NCBI GenBank assembly: GCA_011911785.1
Contig: GCA_011911785.1_4084.1
Length of the DNA stretch: 64,000 nucleotides
Reading direction: 5' to 3' (one strand)
Source: a phage
Part shown: positions 45,073 to 54,304 of the stretch, in pieces
Position numbering within the stretch: the stretch's first letter is position 1
Layout of the letters: each line of letters starts with the position of its first letter
The notes under the pieces: model-generated
The model's input: only the letters and a program-made list of their open reading frames with translations
What the model was told of the DNA's origin: nothing
Databases searched by the model: none
Translations under genes and position numbers: made by a program

Positions 45073-45596
45073 TGACTGATTCAATGACAGTACTGGTACG
45101 TACTAAGTTACTATTGAAGATTGGTGAGATTTTCACAGATCTTATGCACAATCAAATTGATATTACAGAACTAGATATTAAGCAACCGTGGGAAATTACA
45201 AGGTTCTCGGCGTTCCACCGATTGTCATATAAAGGTGAAACTGTTCTTGATTTTAATCACAAAGCAAAATTCATGGATTATGCCGCGTTGTACCGAAATA
45301 ATTATTCAGGTTGTATAACCAATAACTTCAAAGGAATAAAAGTACAGATTGAATCAATTGAATTTAACGAATTACTATATCCAGAATTTAAGTTAACTGA
45401 AGAATCTATGTTTCAGTACTCACTAATTCTAAAAGATCTAGAAACTCTAGAGTACTACAGAGAGTTAGTAGATATTTTTATGAATGTTCGTCTTTCAAAA
45501 GATATTGTGATATTCTGGTATACAGAGCGTATTACAGAGGAAGTACTTGAAGAATTTCTCGTAAATATGACAGCTATTAAGGAGAATTTATGTTAG
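45072..45596 (+). CDS. FQxS-motif family protein (174 aa)
   Basis: motif EESMFQYSLILKD. Confidence 0.65.
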   Translation: MTDSMTVLVRTKLLLKIGEIFTDLMHNQIDITELDIKQPWEITRFSAFHRLSYKGETVLDFNHKAKFMDYAALYRNNYSGCITNNFKGIKVQIESIEFNELLYPEFKLTEESMFQYSLILKDLETLEYYRELVDIFMNVRLSKDIVIFWYTERITEEVLEEFLVNMTAIKENLC

Positions 45597-46054
45597 ACAT
45601 TTTAGGAAACATTGATACGGTAAACTTTTTTATTCAAGACGCAATTATCAATATCACATCAAAGCCAATCCAAGTTAGAAGTAACTTTTATAGTGGGGAT
45701 GGTTATATGGTTGATATTGTTGAAGTTAAGAAAAATGTTTTCCAAATCAATATTCTCACACAAACGAGAACACAGATTTCTCGTATCATCATCAATAAAG
45801 ATGAAGCCGTCATTCGTTATAATTCAAAATTCATGATGTTCTTTAAAAAGAAAACTGGTATGTTCAGTACTAATCTCTTTGATGAATCATTTTATTCAAC
45901 CGATGTGGAATCTACCTTCTTCACACAAAGTACATTTATCAAATTTGATAGTATTGAGTTCGATTCAAATATCATGTCAGAAACATTACAATGCCTAAAG
46001 GTATTACATAATGAATTTACCAACTTTATCGATAGCCGAAACAAGATTAACTAA
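45590..46054 (+). CDS. divergent FQxS-family-like protein (154 aa)
   Basis: degenerate motif ESTFFTQSTFIKFD. Confidence 0.55.
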   Translation: MLDILGNIDTVNFFIQDAIINITSKPIQVRSNFYSGDGYMVDIVEVKKNVFQINILTQTRTQISRIIINKDEAVIRYNSKFMMFFKKKTGMFSTNLFDESFYSTDVESTFFTQSTFIKFDSIEFDSNIMSETLQCLKVLHNEFTNFIDSRNKIN

Positions 46055-46469
46055 TATAAATGAATTAGTTAATGCTATCTTATCATGCAAATTAAAAATT
46101 GATACCAAATGTAAGTACAATGGTATTAATTTATACAAATTAAAATATTCACGAATACATAATTCAGTAAAATACATTTACGGTACTAGTCAAATCATCT
46201 TTGAAACGGTTACAGTGAACAGTAAATTACTTATTGATGTTTATATCAGTAATAAGATTAAAAATTCACAAAAAGTGTTGACAGTTTCTTCTGATAATGT
46301 TACTATGTTTGATACCAACAATAAGAAGTTAGATATTGATTTAGATGTTATTCTTGATGGTGACTTATTCCAGTACGAGTGTATTGGTCTAAATAATCCA
46401 TTTGATAAATCAGTACTAGTCAATTTAATCAAACATATTAAGGGTATTTTAGATGAAACTAACAACTGA
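46011..46469 (+). CDS. FQxS-motif family protein (152 aa)
   Basis: motif DGDLFQYECIGLN. Confidence 0.6.
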   Translation: MNLPTLSIAETRLTNINELVNAILSCKLKIDTKCKYNGINLYKLKYSRIHNSVKYIYGTSQIIFETVTVNSKLLIDVYISNKIKNSQKVLTVSSDNVTMFDTNNKKLDIDLDVILDGDLFQYECIGLNNPFDKSVLVNLIKHIKGILDETNN

Positions 46470-46953
46470 TATGAAACTTTGCATTTCTTTGATTATGCGT
46501 TCATTCGATGACAAAAGGACAAGTAAAGTTACTATCACCAATGACCATTTACAATGCAGTACACTCAATAGTACTGTAGTTTTCGGATTACATAGCCTCC
46601 GTTTGACGATAGTAAATAATATTGACAATACGGCGATGTGTATTACCCCCTGCCACGTTCAGGATGAACATGGTGTTTATCTTCACCACATGGGGACTTC
46701 GTATTTCATTTTCAATGAAGAAAAGGGAGTACAAAAAGACTTTAACACGTTGTGCGTAGACGGCGGTGAATTGTTCCAGATGGGAACTTTATATCAGTGT
46801 GATTTTACTGATACATCTGAAGTACTTCCATTATTTCTTGATCTCATTAAGAATTTAGGTTCATTTACTGGTCGCTATAACAAATCATTAAAGGCACAGG
46901 CAATTCAAAATATCTCGGAAGCAATAGAATATTACGAAAACGCTGTGTCGTAA
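46453..46953 (+). CDS. FQxS-motif family protein (166 aa)
   Basis: motif GGELFQMGTLYQ. Confidence 0.6.
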   Translation: MKLTTDMKLCISLIMRSFDDKRTSKVTITNDHLQCSTLNSTVVFGLHSLRLTIVNNIDNTAMCITPCHVQDEHGVYLHHMGTSYFIFNEEKGVQKDFNTLCVDGGELFQMGTLYQCDFTDTSEVLPLFLDLIKNLGSFTGRYNKSLKAQAIQNISEAIEYYENAVS

Positions 46954-46993
46954 CACCAGCACATGGATGTGCGATGACGATCAAGGATAGATC

Positions 46994-47467
46994 ATGGAGA
47001 TTAAAACTGTTGAAAACGGAAAGATTGATGACATTTTAGAGTTGGACGCTTTCAAAGTGCATGATATAATGTTTAACGTAAGAGACATTATCCAATGCCT
47101 TTTCTTGTGCAGCAAGTCAATGTATGAACATTTCCATTGCCCACGTACTAATATTTTTATACTAACTATCAGTACTGAAAACTCATTTATAATGGGTATA
47201 CCAATGAATACGAATGAAGAATATATTGATTGTGTTGTTCGTAATGATCCTTCTATCACACCACAGAGTGAAGTGCATAAGAAGAAAAATACATATACTA
47301 TTAAAGACGATAAAATTATGATGTGCGTTACCAAGGGTTTTCTACTTGACAACTTCATAATCAAAGATAGTTATCATGACTTTAAAGTATCTGAGAAGCA
47401 AGTCAACGTAGTTCTATATGCAAGTGATATCGAGAGCCTTACAGTGAAAGATCCAGACCTGGAGTAA
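46994..47467 (+). CDS. hypothetical protein (157 aa)
   Basis: RBS AAGGA; preferred over the overlapping hydrophobic minus-strand ORF. Confidence 0.55.
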   Translation: MEIKTVENGKIDDILELDAFKVHDIMFNVRDIIQCLFLCSKSMYEHFHCPRTNIFILTISTENSFIMGIPMNTNEEYIDCVVRNDPSITPQSEVHKKKNTYTIKDDKIMMCVTKGFLLDNFIIKDSYHDFKVSEKQVNVVLYASDIESLTVKDPDLE

Positions 47468-47469
47468 TT

Positions 47470-47607
47470 ATGGCTAAGAAATCTAAAGTAAACAACTTTG
47501 TTGCAAAGCACTGTAATGAGTTTAATAAGGCTCAAGTGCACGTGGACCGCAAGAAAGCTGCAAAAAATGGAAAAATTAAACACCAGTCGAGATTTTATCT
47601 CGACTAA
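47470..47607 (+). CDS. hypothetical basic small protein (45 aa)
   Basis: below track cutoff; Lys-rich; stop sits inside the terminator stem. Confidence 0.35.
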   Translation: MAKKSKVNNFVAKHCNEFNKAQVHVDRKKAAKNGKIKHQSRFYLD

Positions 47608-47613
47608 TTTTTT
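47585..47613 (+). terminator. rho-independent terminator
   Basis: stem AGTCGAGA/TCTCGACT followed by a T-run. Confidence 0.6.
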
Positions 47614-47629
47614 GTCCGAGGAAATGTAA

Positions 47630-48466
47630 ATGTTCTTAAACTTCAAAGAGTATTCAGTACTTGATCATATCAAGATTCTATCTGAGAATCCTGAAACATT
47701 TGGTGCAGTAAAAACAGCAAATGGAGAATCTTATGATGTTTATAACATTACAGGACATACTGTTTCTGTAAAAAACAATATCCGTCCTTCGACACTAGAT
47801 ATTAATATTCGTAATAATGAAACTTATGAAACTTCACTATCATACGAATATGATTCAGATCTTAAGTCTGAAATATTCAACACACCATCAGTCCATTATT
47901 ACAAGTCAGAAGATACAATTCGTTACCGAGATACCACGATTAATGATATAGTTTTTAATCGTAGAATTAATGCCAGTGGTATAGTTTCAGTTCGTAGTAC
48001 TGATAGATTTGCAAAATATACTGTCGAAAATAATGTACGATCATTTGAAACAACTTTCCGTCTAACACAAGGTACAGAAGAAAGCAACATCACACTCCAA
48101 GAACGTTTGTCATCAGACGGGATTATTATGCGTAGTGTTGCTTTTTTCAGATATAACACCGAAGATGGGCGTCCAGTGATGTGTGATTTGGATATCACTC
48201 GTACAGGTGATAAAACAATCGCCACTATAACCTCTGGATACCGACATTCGTTTACATTAGAACTGGATGTACCTGATGCATCATTACTTGGTATTTTTGA
48301 TCCGCTGGCAGCATTTCAAGCAGAGTTAGTACTGAACCCTAAGCAGTACGAGATTCTTGATATCTTACGTAAAGGCATAGTTAATAAGTTGAAAACTTAC
48401 CAACAGTTAGGTGGTAAGATGAGTATAGTTAATACTATTCTCGAAAATATTGAAAGAGTAAGTTAA
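47630..48466 (+). CDS. hypothetical protein (278 aa)
   Basis: RBS GAGGAAA; long intact ORF. Confidence 0.6.
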   Translation: MFLNFKEYSVLDHIKILSENPETFGAVKTANGESYDVYNITGHTVSVKNNIRPSTLDINIRNNETYETSLSYEYDSDLKSEIFNTPSVHYYKSEDTIRYRDTTINDIVFNRRINASGIVSVRSTDRFAKYTVENNVRSFETTFRLTQGTEESNITLQERLSSDGIIMRSVAFFRYNTEDGRPVMCDLDITRTGDKTIATITSGYRHSFTLELDVPDASLLGIFDPLAAFQAELVLNPKQYEILDILRKGIVNKLKTYQQLGGKMSIVNTILENIERVS

Positions 48467-48486
48467 TACATGGAGATAGATTTAGT

Positions 48487-48789
48487 ATGGATACTAAATT
48501 TGAAATTAAATTCTTGACACAACCATATACTCCTAATACTGGGAAACGTTTTATTCCTGAAGGAGCAGTAGAGGTTGTTCACCCTGATGGTACTAAATTG
48601 TATTTGAATCCATGTTCATATGAGCGTGCTGTTGAAATGCTTATCATGAACTGTAAGCACAATACAAAGACAGAGGACAGTAAGTACATCAGTTATCTAT
48701 ATAGCGAGCACATCCTCGACTTCCAAGACGAGAATATGTTCATCCTTGCAATTCAAGACTTTGAAAATTGGATTGAAAATATTGTCTAA
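48487..48789 (+). CDS. hypothetical protein (100 aa)
   Basis: intact ORF. Confidence 0.5.
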   Translation: MDTKFEIKFLTQPYTPNTGKRFIPEGAVEVVHPDGTKLYLNPCSYERAVEMLIMNCKHNTKTEDSKYISYLYSEHILDFQDENMFILAIQDFENWIENIV

Positions 48790-48796
48790 AATCATC

Positions 48797-48824
48797 TGGA
48801 CATATGACAATTCAATGATATAAT
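48797..48824 (+). promoter_or_regulatory. sigma70-like promoter (TGGACA-N16-TATAAT)
   Basis: TGGACA 48797-48802, TATAAT 48819-48824. Confidence 0.45.
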
Positions 48825-48855
48825 GTTCGCATCTTTTTGATAAACGGAGATAAAG

Positions 48856-49242
48856 ATGAATACAAGTTCTATTCTAAAAGCAATTGGTGGTGTACTTCTC
48901 ATCGAGGTACAAGGTGAACCAAAACTATGTTGTTTAGAAGATATGAAACAAACTAAATTCTTTGGTACTGGTCAGATTTTCAATGCAATTCGCGTTTTGA
49001 ATGATAAAACAGTAGGTGACTACGGTCGTGCATGGCCTAACTATCGCAATGACGAAGGTGAAATCAGTACTGACTGGAAAACAATTGAAGCTGTTCGTCA
49101 GAATTGTGATTCAGATTGGGATTTCATTGTTGAAGTGTGTAATCAACTTCAAGAAGAAGTACCAGAGATTGTTGAACGTAAAGAAGTACTATCACAGCTA
49201 GAGAAGTTCCGTCACGGAACACTACAATACGAAGTACTGTAA
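48856..49242 (+). CDS. hypothetical protein (128 aa)
   Basis: RBS GGAGA upstream. Confidence 0.55.
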   Translation: MNTSSILKAIGGVLLIEVQGEPKLCCLEDMKQTKFFGTGQIFNAIRVLNDKTVGDYGRAWPNYRNDEGEISTDWKTIEAVRQNCDSDWDFIVEVCNQLQEEVPEIVERKEVLSQLEKFRHGTLQYEVL

Positions 49243-49296
49243 TATCTCCGATTATTAAAACAAACTAATTAAACATTATATAAAAAGGAATTTAAA

Positions 49297-49605
49297 ATGG
49301 AAGACAACGGAATGAAATTTGATATGTTTGAAGGTGTACCAGAGTTTGATTTCAACAAGCTTGAAAATGGCGAAGAAGCAGAACTCGTAAGTGTTACCTT
49401 AAAATCGGATACTAAGAAGAAATACTCTTCAGCAGTTCGTGCTCGTTCACAAGAAGAATATGAAACGTTCATTGAAAGTATTCATTATGAAACAATGACT
49501 CGTGCAGATGGAAGTACTTATGAAGTTCGCGTTACAGTACTGAAACCTGAAGTTAATCCTCTTGAGAATTTGAAACCAGTCTACTGCTGGGGAACCTCAA
49601 ACTAA
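49297..49605 (+). CDS. hypothetical protein (102 aa)
   Basis: RBS AAGGAA; followed by terminator. Confidence 0.55.
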   Translation: MEDNGMKFDMFEGVPEFDFNKLENGEEAELVSVTLKSDTKKKYSSAVRARSQEEYETFIESIHYETMTRADGSTYEVRVTVLKPEVNPLENLKPVYCWGTSN

Positions 49606-49620
49606 TACATAATAAAAAAA

Positions 49621-49646
49621 GGTCGGGAATATTCTCGGCCTTTTTG
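49621..49646 (+). terminator. rho-independent terminator (A-run and T-run flank the stem)
   Basis: AAAAAAA-GGTCGGGAATATTCTCGGCC-TTTTT. Confidence 0.65.
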
Positions 49647-49659
49647 TCTATGAGGCACT

Positions 49660-50499
49660 ATGAAATTAAATTTTATTATCAACTTTAATGTTAAAGAAAC
49701 CGATCATTACGCATCAGAAGATGACCGTGTTGCACCAGCTTCGTCTGAATACATCAGAAATGAAAATGTCCATATGCATGAAAATTATTTCGACTTTGGT
49801 AATTTTATTATCTACCGTGGATTTAAGGATGTTGTATTCCGTTCCAGATATGAAGACTTTGAACATGCACTCGTTGATGTACCGGATGAATTAGTATTCC
49901 AGTTCATGTTACTTGGTATTAAAGATTATGACTTTATAGTTTATAACCATTATACTAAGCGTATTATGATTGGTAATGATTCATATGATCTTACTTATTA
50001 TTCCAGTACTGATGAAGATTTAGAAAATATTAAACGCCGTTCTGGTGGTATACGTAATTGTTCATCTTCAAACTCCAGTAGAATGAGTGAAAGGTTTTTT
50101 GATTTCAAAAATAGCAATAATAACGACTGTGAAGACGCGGACAATACTGAACATGTAATGTTTGAAATTGACCACAATAATGGATATAATGACTTCCTTA
50201 ATGTTCTGAAGCCTTATATCAATCATAAATTCATCAAAGATGTAAATCTGGTAGCTCGTGACTTACAGTACAGTGATCGTACTGGTGGTATGCCTGTACC
50301 AATGGATCGTGTATGTACGAACAATACAGTGTTTAATGTACCACGAGAAGATGTTGCATTTGTATTTCTGGCATTTTTGAATTCAGATGCACTATGGGAC
50401 GATAATGAAAGACAATTTAGTTCAAGACATATTGAAATAATTCGTCAAAACACACTACTTCTGTGGAAGAAATTTACTGAAAATACCCAGGACAAATAA
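49660..50499 (+). CDS. hypothetical protein (279 aa) with Asn/Ser-rich linker
   Basis: intact ORF; partial family-like segment DELVFQFMLLG. Confidence 0.55.
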   Translation: MKLNFIINFNVKETDHYASEDDRVAPASSEYIRNENVHMHENYFDFGNFIIYRGFKDVVFRSRYEDFEHALVDVPDELVFQFMLLGIKDYDFIVYNHYTKRIMIGNDSYDLTYYSSTDEDLENIKRRSGGIRNCSSSNSSRMSERFFDFKNSNNNDCEDADNTEHVMFEIDHNNGYNDFLNVLKPYINHKFIKDVNLVARDLQYSDRTGGMPVPMDRVCTNNTVFNVPREDVAFVFLAFLNSDALWDDNERQFSSRHIEIIRQNTLLLWKKFTENTQDK

Positions 50500-50519
50500 A
50501 TTCTTGGTGATATAATGAT

Positions 50520-50552
50520 GAGTGGCAATATATCTTTGTCACTCTTTTTTTT
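50520..50552 (+). terminator. rho-independent terminator
   Basis: 9-bp stem GAGTGGCAA/TTGTCACTC followed by T8. Confidence 0.7.
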
Positions 50553-51191
50553 AATCCTGAAAGGTTCCATATGGAAATGATTAAGAGCCTAATCCACTCG
50601 AAAATGTAGAGGGTAGATGAGTAGTCCTTTCAGTACGAACAGCAGATGAAACCCGTCAGATGTGGGCATATTATGAACCCCTCACGGCAATGCGGCTGTA
50701 TAAAGAACTCCGATAAGCACACAGAGAGTTCCTAGATAGACATATAAGGATCGCACCTTACCAGATTTGCTAAGGGAGATTTCATTAGAAATTGCGGTCA
50801 ACTATTTGTACAAGATAGTTGCGTCCAAAATTTGGTGAAATCAAATACCAGTACTGTTCATATGGTACTCGTATTATGTGTCGGGATGTTTAAGACCGAC
50901 GACCGTTGCTACAAGAACCGCGATAGAGAGAAACAGAGCAACCCGCTTTCGCCTCGTTAAGAGAATTCGTGATATGAAATATGTGAAGACCACCAGCGTC
51001 AAATTTTAATTCTTTCCCCCAGTGGGGGGATGAAATATGCTCTTCCAAACCTCGTCAATATTAATTAAAACCATTTAGTACTATTAGAATTATTCAGAGC
51101 GTAGCGATGAATTAATTCTACTGATGTTGATTGAGTGCTAACGAAATCAACATCGAGTACATTATTTGATGTTTCCTAAAAAGGAATAATA
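50553..51191. other. ORF-free, GC-richer intergenic island (candidate structured RNA or regulatory region)
   Basis: about 640 bp with no ORF of 60 codons or more on either strand; visibly less AT-rich than flanks; contains hairpin CCCCCAGTGGGGGG. Confidence 0.35.
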
Positions 51192-51734
51192 ATGCCTGTA
51201 TTTTCAAAGAACAAAACAACAGAGATCATTTATAAATCAAAAGAATTTGAAGTACTAGAAGAATTTGATAGAGATTCATTTGATGGATATAAAATAGTAA
51301 AAGAAAAAGGAACTATCAATCATATTGTTGAGTACATGGGAGGTGTAGAACTAGCAAAAATCACTTGTAGACCTACAAAAAACCCAGTAATTTTTTCTGT
51401 TCGCTATGGACATTACGGAGAAGAGCGATATAATTCTAATACAGTATCAAGGAAATTCCATGTTGTAGATGGGAAATTAGAAGGGGAATCCAGACAATAT
51501 AGTGTTCTTGGACTTCCTTTGTCAGTGAAGTACTTCCATCAAGGACATGATGTTACTATTGAAATTATGGATTTTATTGGGTTCAATGGTACAGTAGATG
51601 ACTTCAACTTCTATGTATTAGCAGAAGATGAAGCATTCAATATAATGATGAAGTACGGTTCTAGATTTAAATTTTTATATGAGTACAACCTGGACAGTAA
51701 ACTGTTCGATAATATCTTACAGAACTGTCTATAA
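51192..51734 (+). CDS. hypothetical protein (180 aa)
   Basis: RBS AAGGAA upstream. Confidence 0.6.
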   Translation: MPVFSKNKTTEIIYKSKEFEVLEEFDRDSFDGYKIVKEKGTINHIVEYMGGVELAKITCRPTKNPVIFSVRYGHYGEERYNSNTVSRKFHVVDGKLEGESRQYSVLGLPLSVKYFHQGHDVTIEIMDFIGFNGTVDDFNFYVLAEDEAFNIMMKYGSRFKFLYEYNLDSKLFDNILQNCL

Positions 51735-51751
51735 TTAAAGGACTTAATGAT

Positions 51752-52279
51752 ATGGGGAAAAAGGATAATCCCACAAAAAACAAACATTCAGTACACTTCA
51801 GTACTGGAAAAGATAACTGGACTACTCCAAAGGAATTCTTTGAAGATTTGGATGAAGTCTGGGGATTTACACTTGATGCAGCATGTGTTAAAGAAACTGC
51901 ATTATGTGACAAGTTTTTTACACCGGAAGATGATAGTCTTTCACAGGATTGGGGAAACAATATCGTCTGGTTAAACCCCCCTTACAGTGACTTAAAACCT
52001 TGGCTATCTAAGGCAGTTGATGCTTATAATAATGGTGCAACAGTACTGATACTTGTTCCATCACGTACTGATACAATTGCATTTCAGGAATATGCATCTA
52101 AGCTTTGTGACTGTATTTGTTTTATTAAAGGACGTTTAAAATTTGGCATCCCTGAAGAACCAGATAAAAAGACTGATAGTGCTCCATTCCCTAGCTGTTT
52201 AATAGTACTGGATAAGTACTTAACACCAGCTAAAATCAACCATCTTAAATCTATCGGTCAGGTGATGAAGAATATATGA
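51752..52279 (+). CDS. dam: phage Dam-family DNA N6-adenine methyltransferase (175 aa)
   Basis: catalytic NPPY motif (WLNPPYSD) and overall organisation of small phage N6-adenine methyltransferases. Confidence 0.8.
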   Translation: MGKKDNPTKNKHSVHFSTGKDNWTTPKEFFEDLDEVWGFTLDAACVKETALCDKFFTPEDDSLSQDWGNNIVWLNPPYSDLKPWLSKAVDAYNNGATVLILVPSRTDTIAFQEYASKLCDCICFIKGRLKFGIPEEPDKKTDSAPFPSCLIVLDKYLTPAKINHLKSIGQVMKNI

Positions 52280-52815
52280 AAGACACTTGTATAGTAACGT
52301 ATGGACGTATAAATCCAGTGCATTTGGGACATGGGTTAATTTTTGATAAAGCCGTATCGATGAAAGAACAATACAATGCTGATTTAAAAATATACCTTAG
52401 TACTACACAAGATTGTATCAAGAATCCATTACCACCTGAATTGAAAATGTATTACACTGAGGGTTTCTATCCAAGAATTCAACACAACATCAGTACTGAA
52501 GATAATCTTTTTGATATTATGCAGGAATTGAATGGTAAGTACAGTGATGTTCTTTTCATATGTGGTTCAGACAGGATAGAAAACTTTCAAAATGTACTTG
52601 ACAGATACAATGGAAACTTGTATAATTTTCGTAATATAAAAGCAATCCAAGCTGGTATAGACCGAACCGTTAGCAAGTACAGTTCAACTGAAATGCGTTC
52701 TTTTGCTAAGCGTGATGATTTTGAAAGCTTCAGTTCTTATCTACCAGGTGATGATAATGACTTGAAAATAAAACTTTTTAAAGATGTAATAAAATACATG
52801 AGGAAAGAACCATGA
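52276..52815 (+). CDS. putative nucleotidyltransferase (HxGH / ISxT cytidylyl- or adenylyltransferase fold, 179 aa)
   Basis: N-terminal GRINPVHLGH (HxGH motif) and later SKYSSTEMR (ISSTxxR-like); ATGA overlap with dam. Confidence 0.55.
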   Translation: MKDTCIVTYGRINPVHLGHGLIFDKAVSMKEQYNADLKIYLSTTQDCIKNPLPPELKMYYTEGFYPRIQHNISTEDNLFDIMQELNGKYSDVLFICGSDRIENFQNVLDRYNGNLYNFRNIKAIQAGIDRTVSKYSSTEMRSFAKRDDFESFSSYLPGDDNDLKIKLFKDVIKYMRKEP

Positions 52816-53105
52816 CAGTACTCTTCAAAACTAACCCAGTACTATGGGAACAAAATGAAAGTTCAGGATATCGTAATATCCAAGTAGAATACAAAGGTAA
52901 CACTATTGTATCGGTTGTTGCGAACAAAACCCTAGGTGAATGGACATGTCAAGTGGTTCCAATGGGTTATTCATATCGTCTGGATGAAGTTGAATTTCTC
53001 GCTAATCTTTATTCACAAATGCAGTTCATTATGAACTTTCTTTGCACTGATACTGATCTTACACACGATGATGTAATCAACTTACTGGACAATTTACATG
53101 TCTGA
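52812..53105 (+). CDS. hypothetical protein (97 aa)
   Basis: ATGA overlap with previous ORF. Confidence 0.5.
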   Translation: MTVLFKTNPVLWEQNESSGYRNIQVEYKGNTIVSVVANKTLGEWTCQVVPMGYSYRLDEVEFLANLYSQMQFIMNFLCTDTDLTHDDVINLLDNLHV

Positions 53106-53388
53106 AATAAATGATATCACTTCTATCATATTGGATGAGTGTATTTTAGGATCATACGAAACATTTTCAGTACTAGACGGTATAGAACTATGGCACATTA
53201 AATGCCGTGGTATCAATGGCTTCAGTACTGAATGTAAAAAACTCTTGACTTCGTGCAGTACTGAAGGTAAACTGTGTACAGTGAGGTCATCACCGAGTCT
53301 TTCATATACTGGATATATAATTTATCTTGGAAGTGATCATTTATTCTATCTCACCAAGGAGAACTATTTTGACAAATACAAACAGTAA
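53098..53388 (+). CDS. hypothetical protein (96 aa)
   Basis: ORF coupled to previous. Confidence 0.5.
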   Translation: MSEINDITSIILDECILGSYETFSVLDGIELWHIKCRGINGFSTECKKLLTSCSTEGKLCTVRSSPSLSYTGYIIYLGSDHLFYLTKENYFDKYKQ

Positions 53389-53986
53389 TACATATTTTCG
53401 TTACCTACGCCTTGGGCTATCACTTCGTCCAATTCGAGGTAAATGTGATTCTCTTGCTGATTTAGATTATGCATATTCCATTTATGATGATGGTGTACAG
53501 TATGTTCTGGGTGACTTCGGTGAGTTTGAAGAAACCAATGACAGTACTGGTATTATGGACGGCATTGAGAATCTAGATTGCATCGTAAACAGTTCAAGAC
53601 ATGATGTAATCAAAGAAATTCATAAATTTATTGAAACTAACACAGCAAAAACTACATGGTGTTTAGTAGGTACAGATCCACAAATGGCAATTGCTTTTGG
53701 TAATGAAGATGGATATGTAGCACAACTTATCATGGATTTTGCATCTAAAGAGAAATTTGAAGAATTCAAAGCAAAGATGGTTCAATCACTTCTTCAGATG
53801 GGTATCCCTGAAGATAAGATGCCAGAGATTCAAGATATTGAAGAATTTGTCTTAATTCCTTCAGATGAAAAATATGACGTATTATTCAGTACTCTGAACA
53901 TTCCAGGTGTTATCGTTGAAAGCTTTGATGACGATGATGGTGAAATCTACATCGAACTGGATGATGATGACGACGACGATGAATAA
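53369..53986 (+). CDS. hypothetical protein with poly-Asp C-terminus (about 205 aa), probable TTG start
   Basis: RBS AAGGAGA 6 nt upstream of TTG 53369 (track starts 53327); C-terminus DDDDGEIYIELDDDDDDDE. Confidence 0.5.
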   Translation: MTNTNSNTYFRYLRLGLSLRPIRGKCDSLADLDYAYSIYDDGVQYVLGDFGEFEETNDSTGIMDGIENLDCIVNSSRHDVIKEIHKFIETNTAKTTWCLVGTDPQMAIAFGNEDGYVAQLIMDFASKEKFEEFKAKMVQSLLQMGIPEDKMPEIQDIEEFVLIPSDEKYDVLFSTLNIPGVIVESFDDDDGEIYIELDDDDDDDE

Positions 53987-53991
53987 TAATT

Positions 53992-54019
53992 ATGCCCGAC
54001 TTTGTTCGGGCATCTTTTT
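53992..54019 (+). terminator. rho-independent terminator
   Basis: stem GCCCGA/TCGGGC followed by a T-run. Confidence 0.65.
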
Positions 54020-54031
54020 AAGGAAAAGTAA

Positions 54032-54304
54032 ATGGACTATCGAGTACTGAATAGAACATATAAAGCTTTATACAAAACATATATTGAAAGTAAAGTACAT
54101 AATCCTATCATTTATAAAAATCCAGTTTATATTATATGGAATGAATATTTTACAATGATTCAAAATTACTTTTACTCTAACGAAATCTTTATAGATGGTG
54201 AAATGCGTAAGCTAACACGCGTTGATAGTATAGGTGGTGAAATTGTGTTATTCTATACTGATTCTATTATTGGACAACAATCTATAAATTTAGAGATATT
54301 ATAA
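54032..54304 (+). CDS. YIGK-motif ~90-aa paralog family member (90 aa)
   Basis: first of tandem paralogs; RBS AAGGAAAAG. Confidence 0.55.
   Translation: MDYRVLNRTYKALYKTYIESKVHNPIIYKNPVYIIWNEYFTMIQNYFYSNEIFIDGEMRKLTRVDSIGGEIVLFYTDSIIGQQSINLEIL

Noticed and set aside
13178-47000. Possibility that the regular tandem structure is a CRISPR array or a satellite repeat
   Set aside because: Units are 200-650 bp, protein-coding with intact frames, and diverged in sequence; there are no short identical direct repeats with unique spacers.
50553-51191. Group I intron interpretation of the GC-richer island
   Set aside because: No interrupted host gene flanks it (neighbouring ORFs are unrelated and complete) and I could not recognise conserved group I core elements by eye. 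Kept only as an unannotated candidate structured region.
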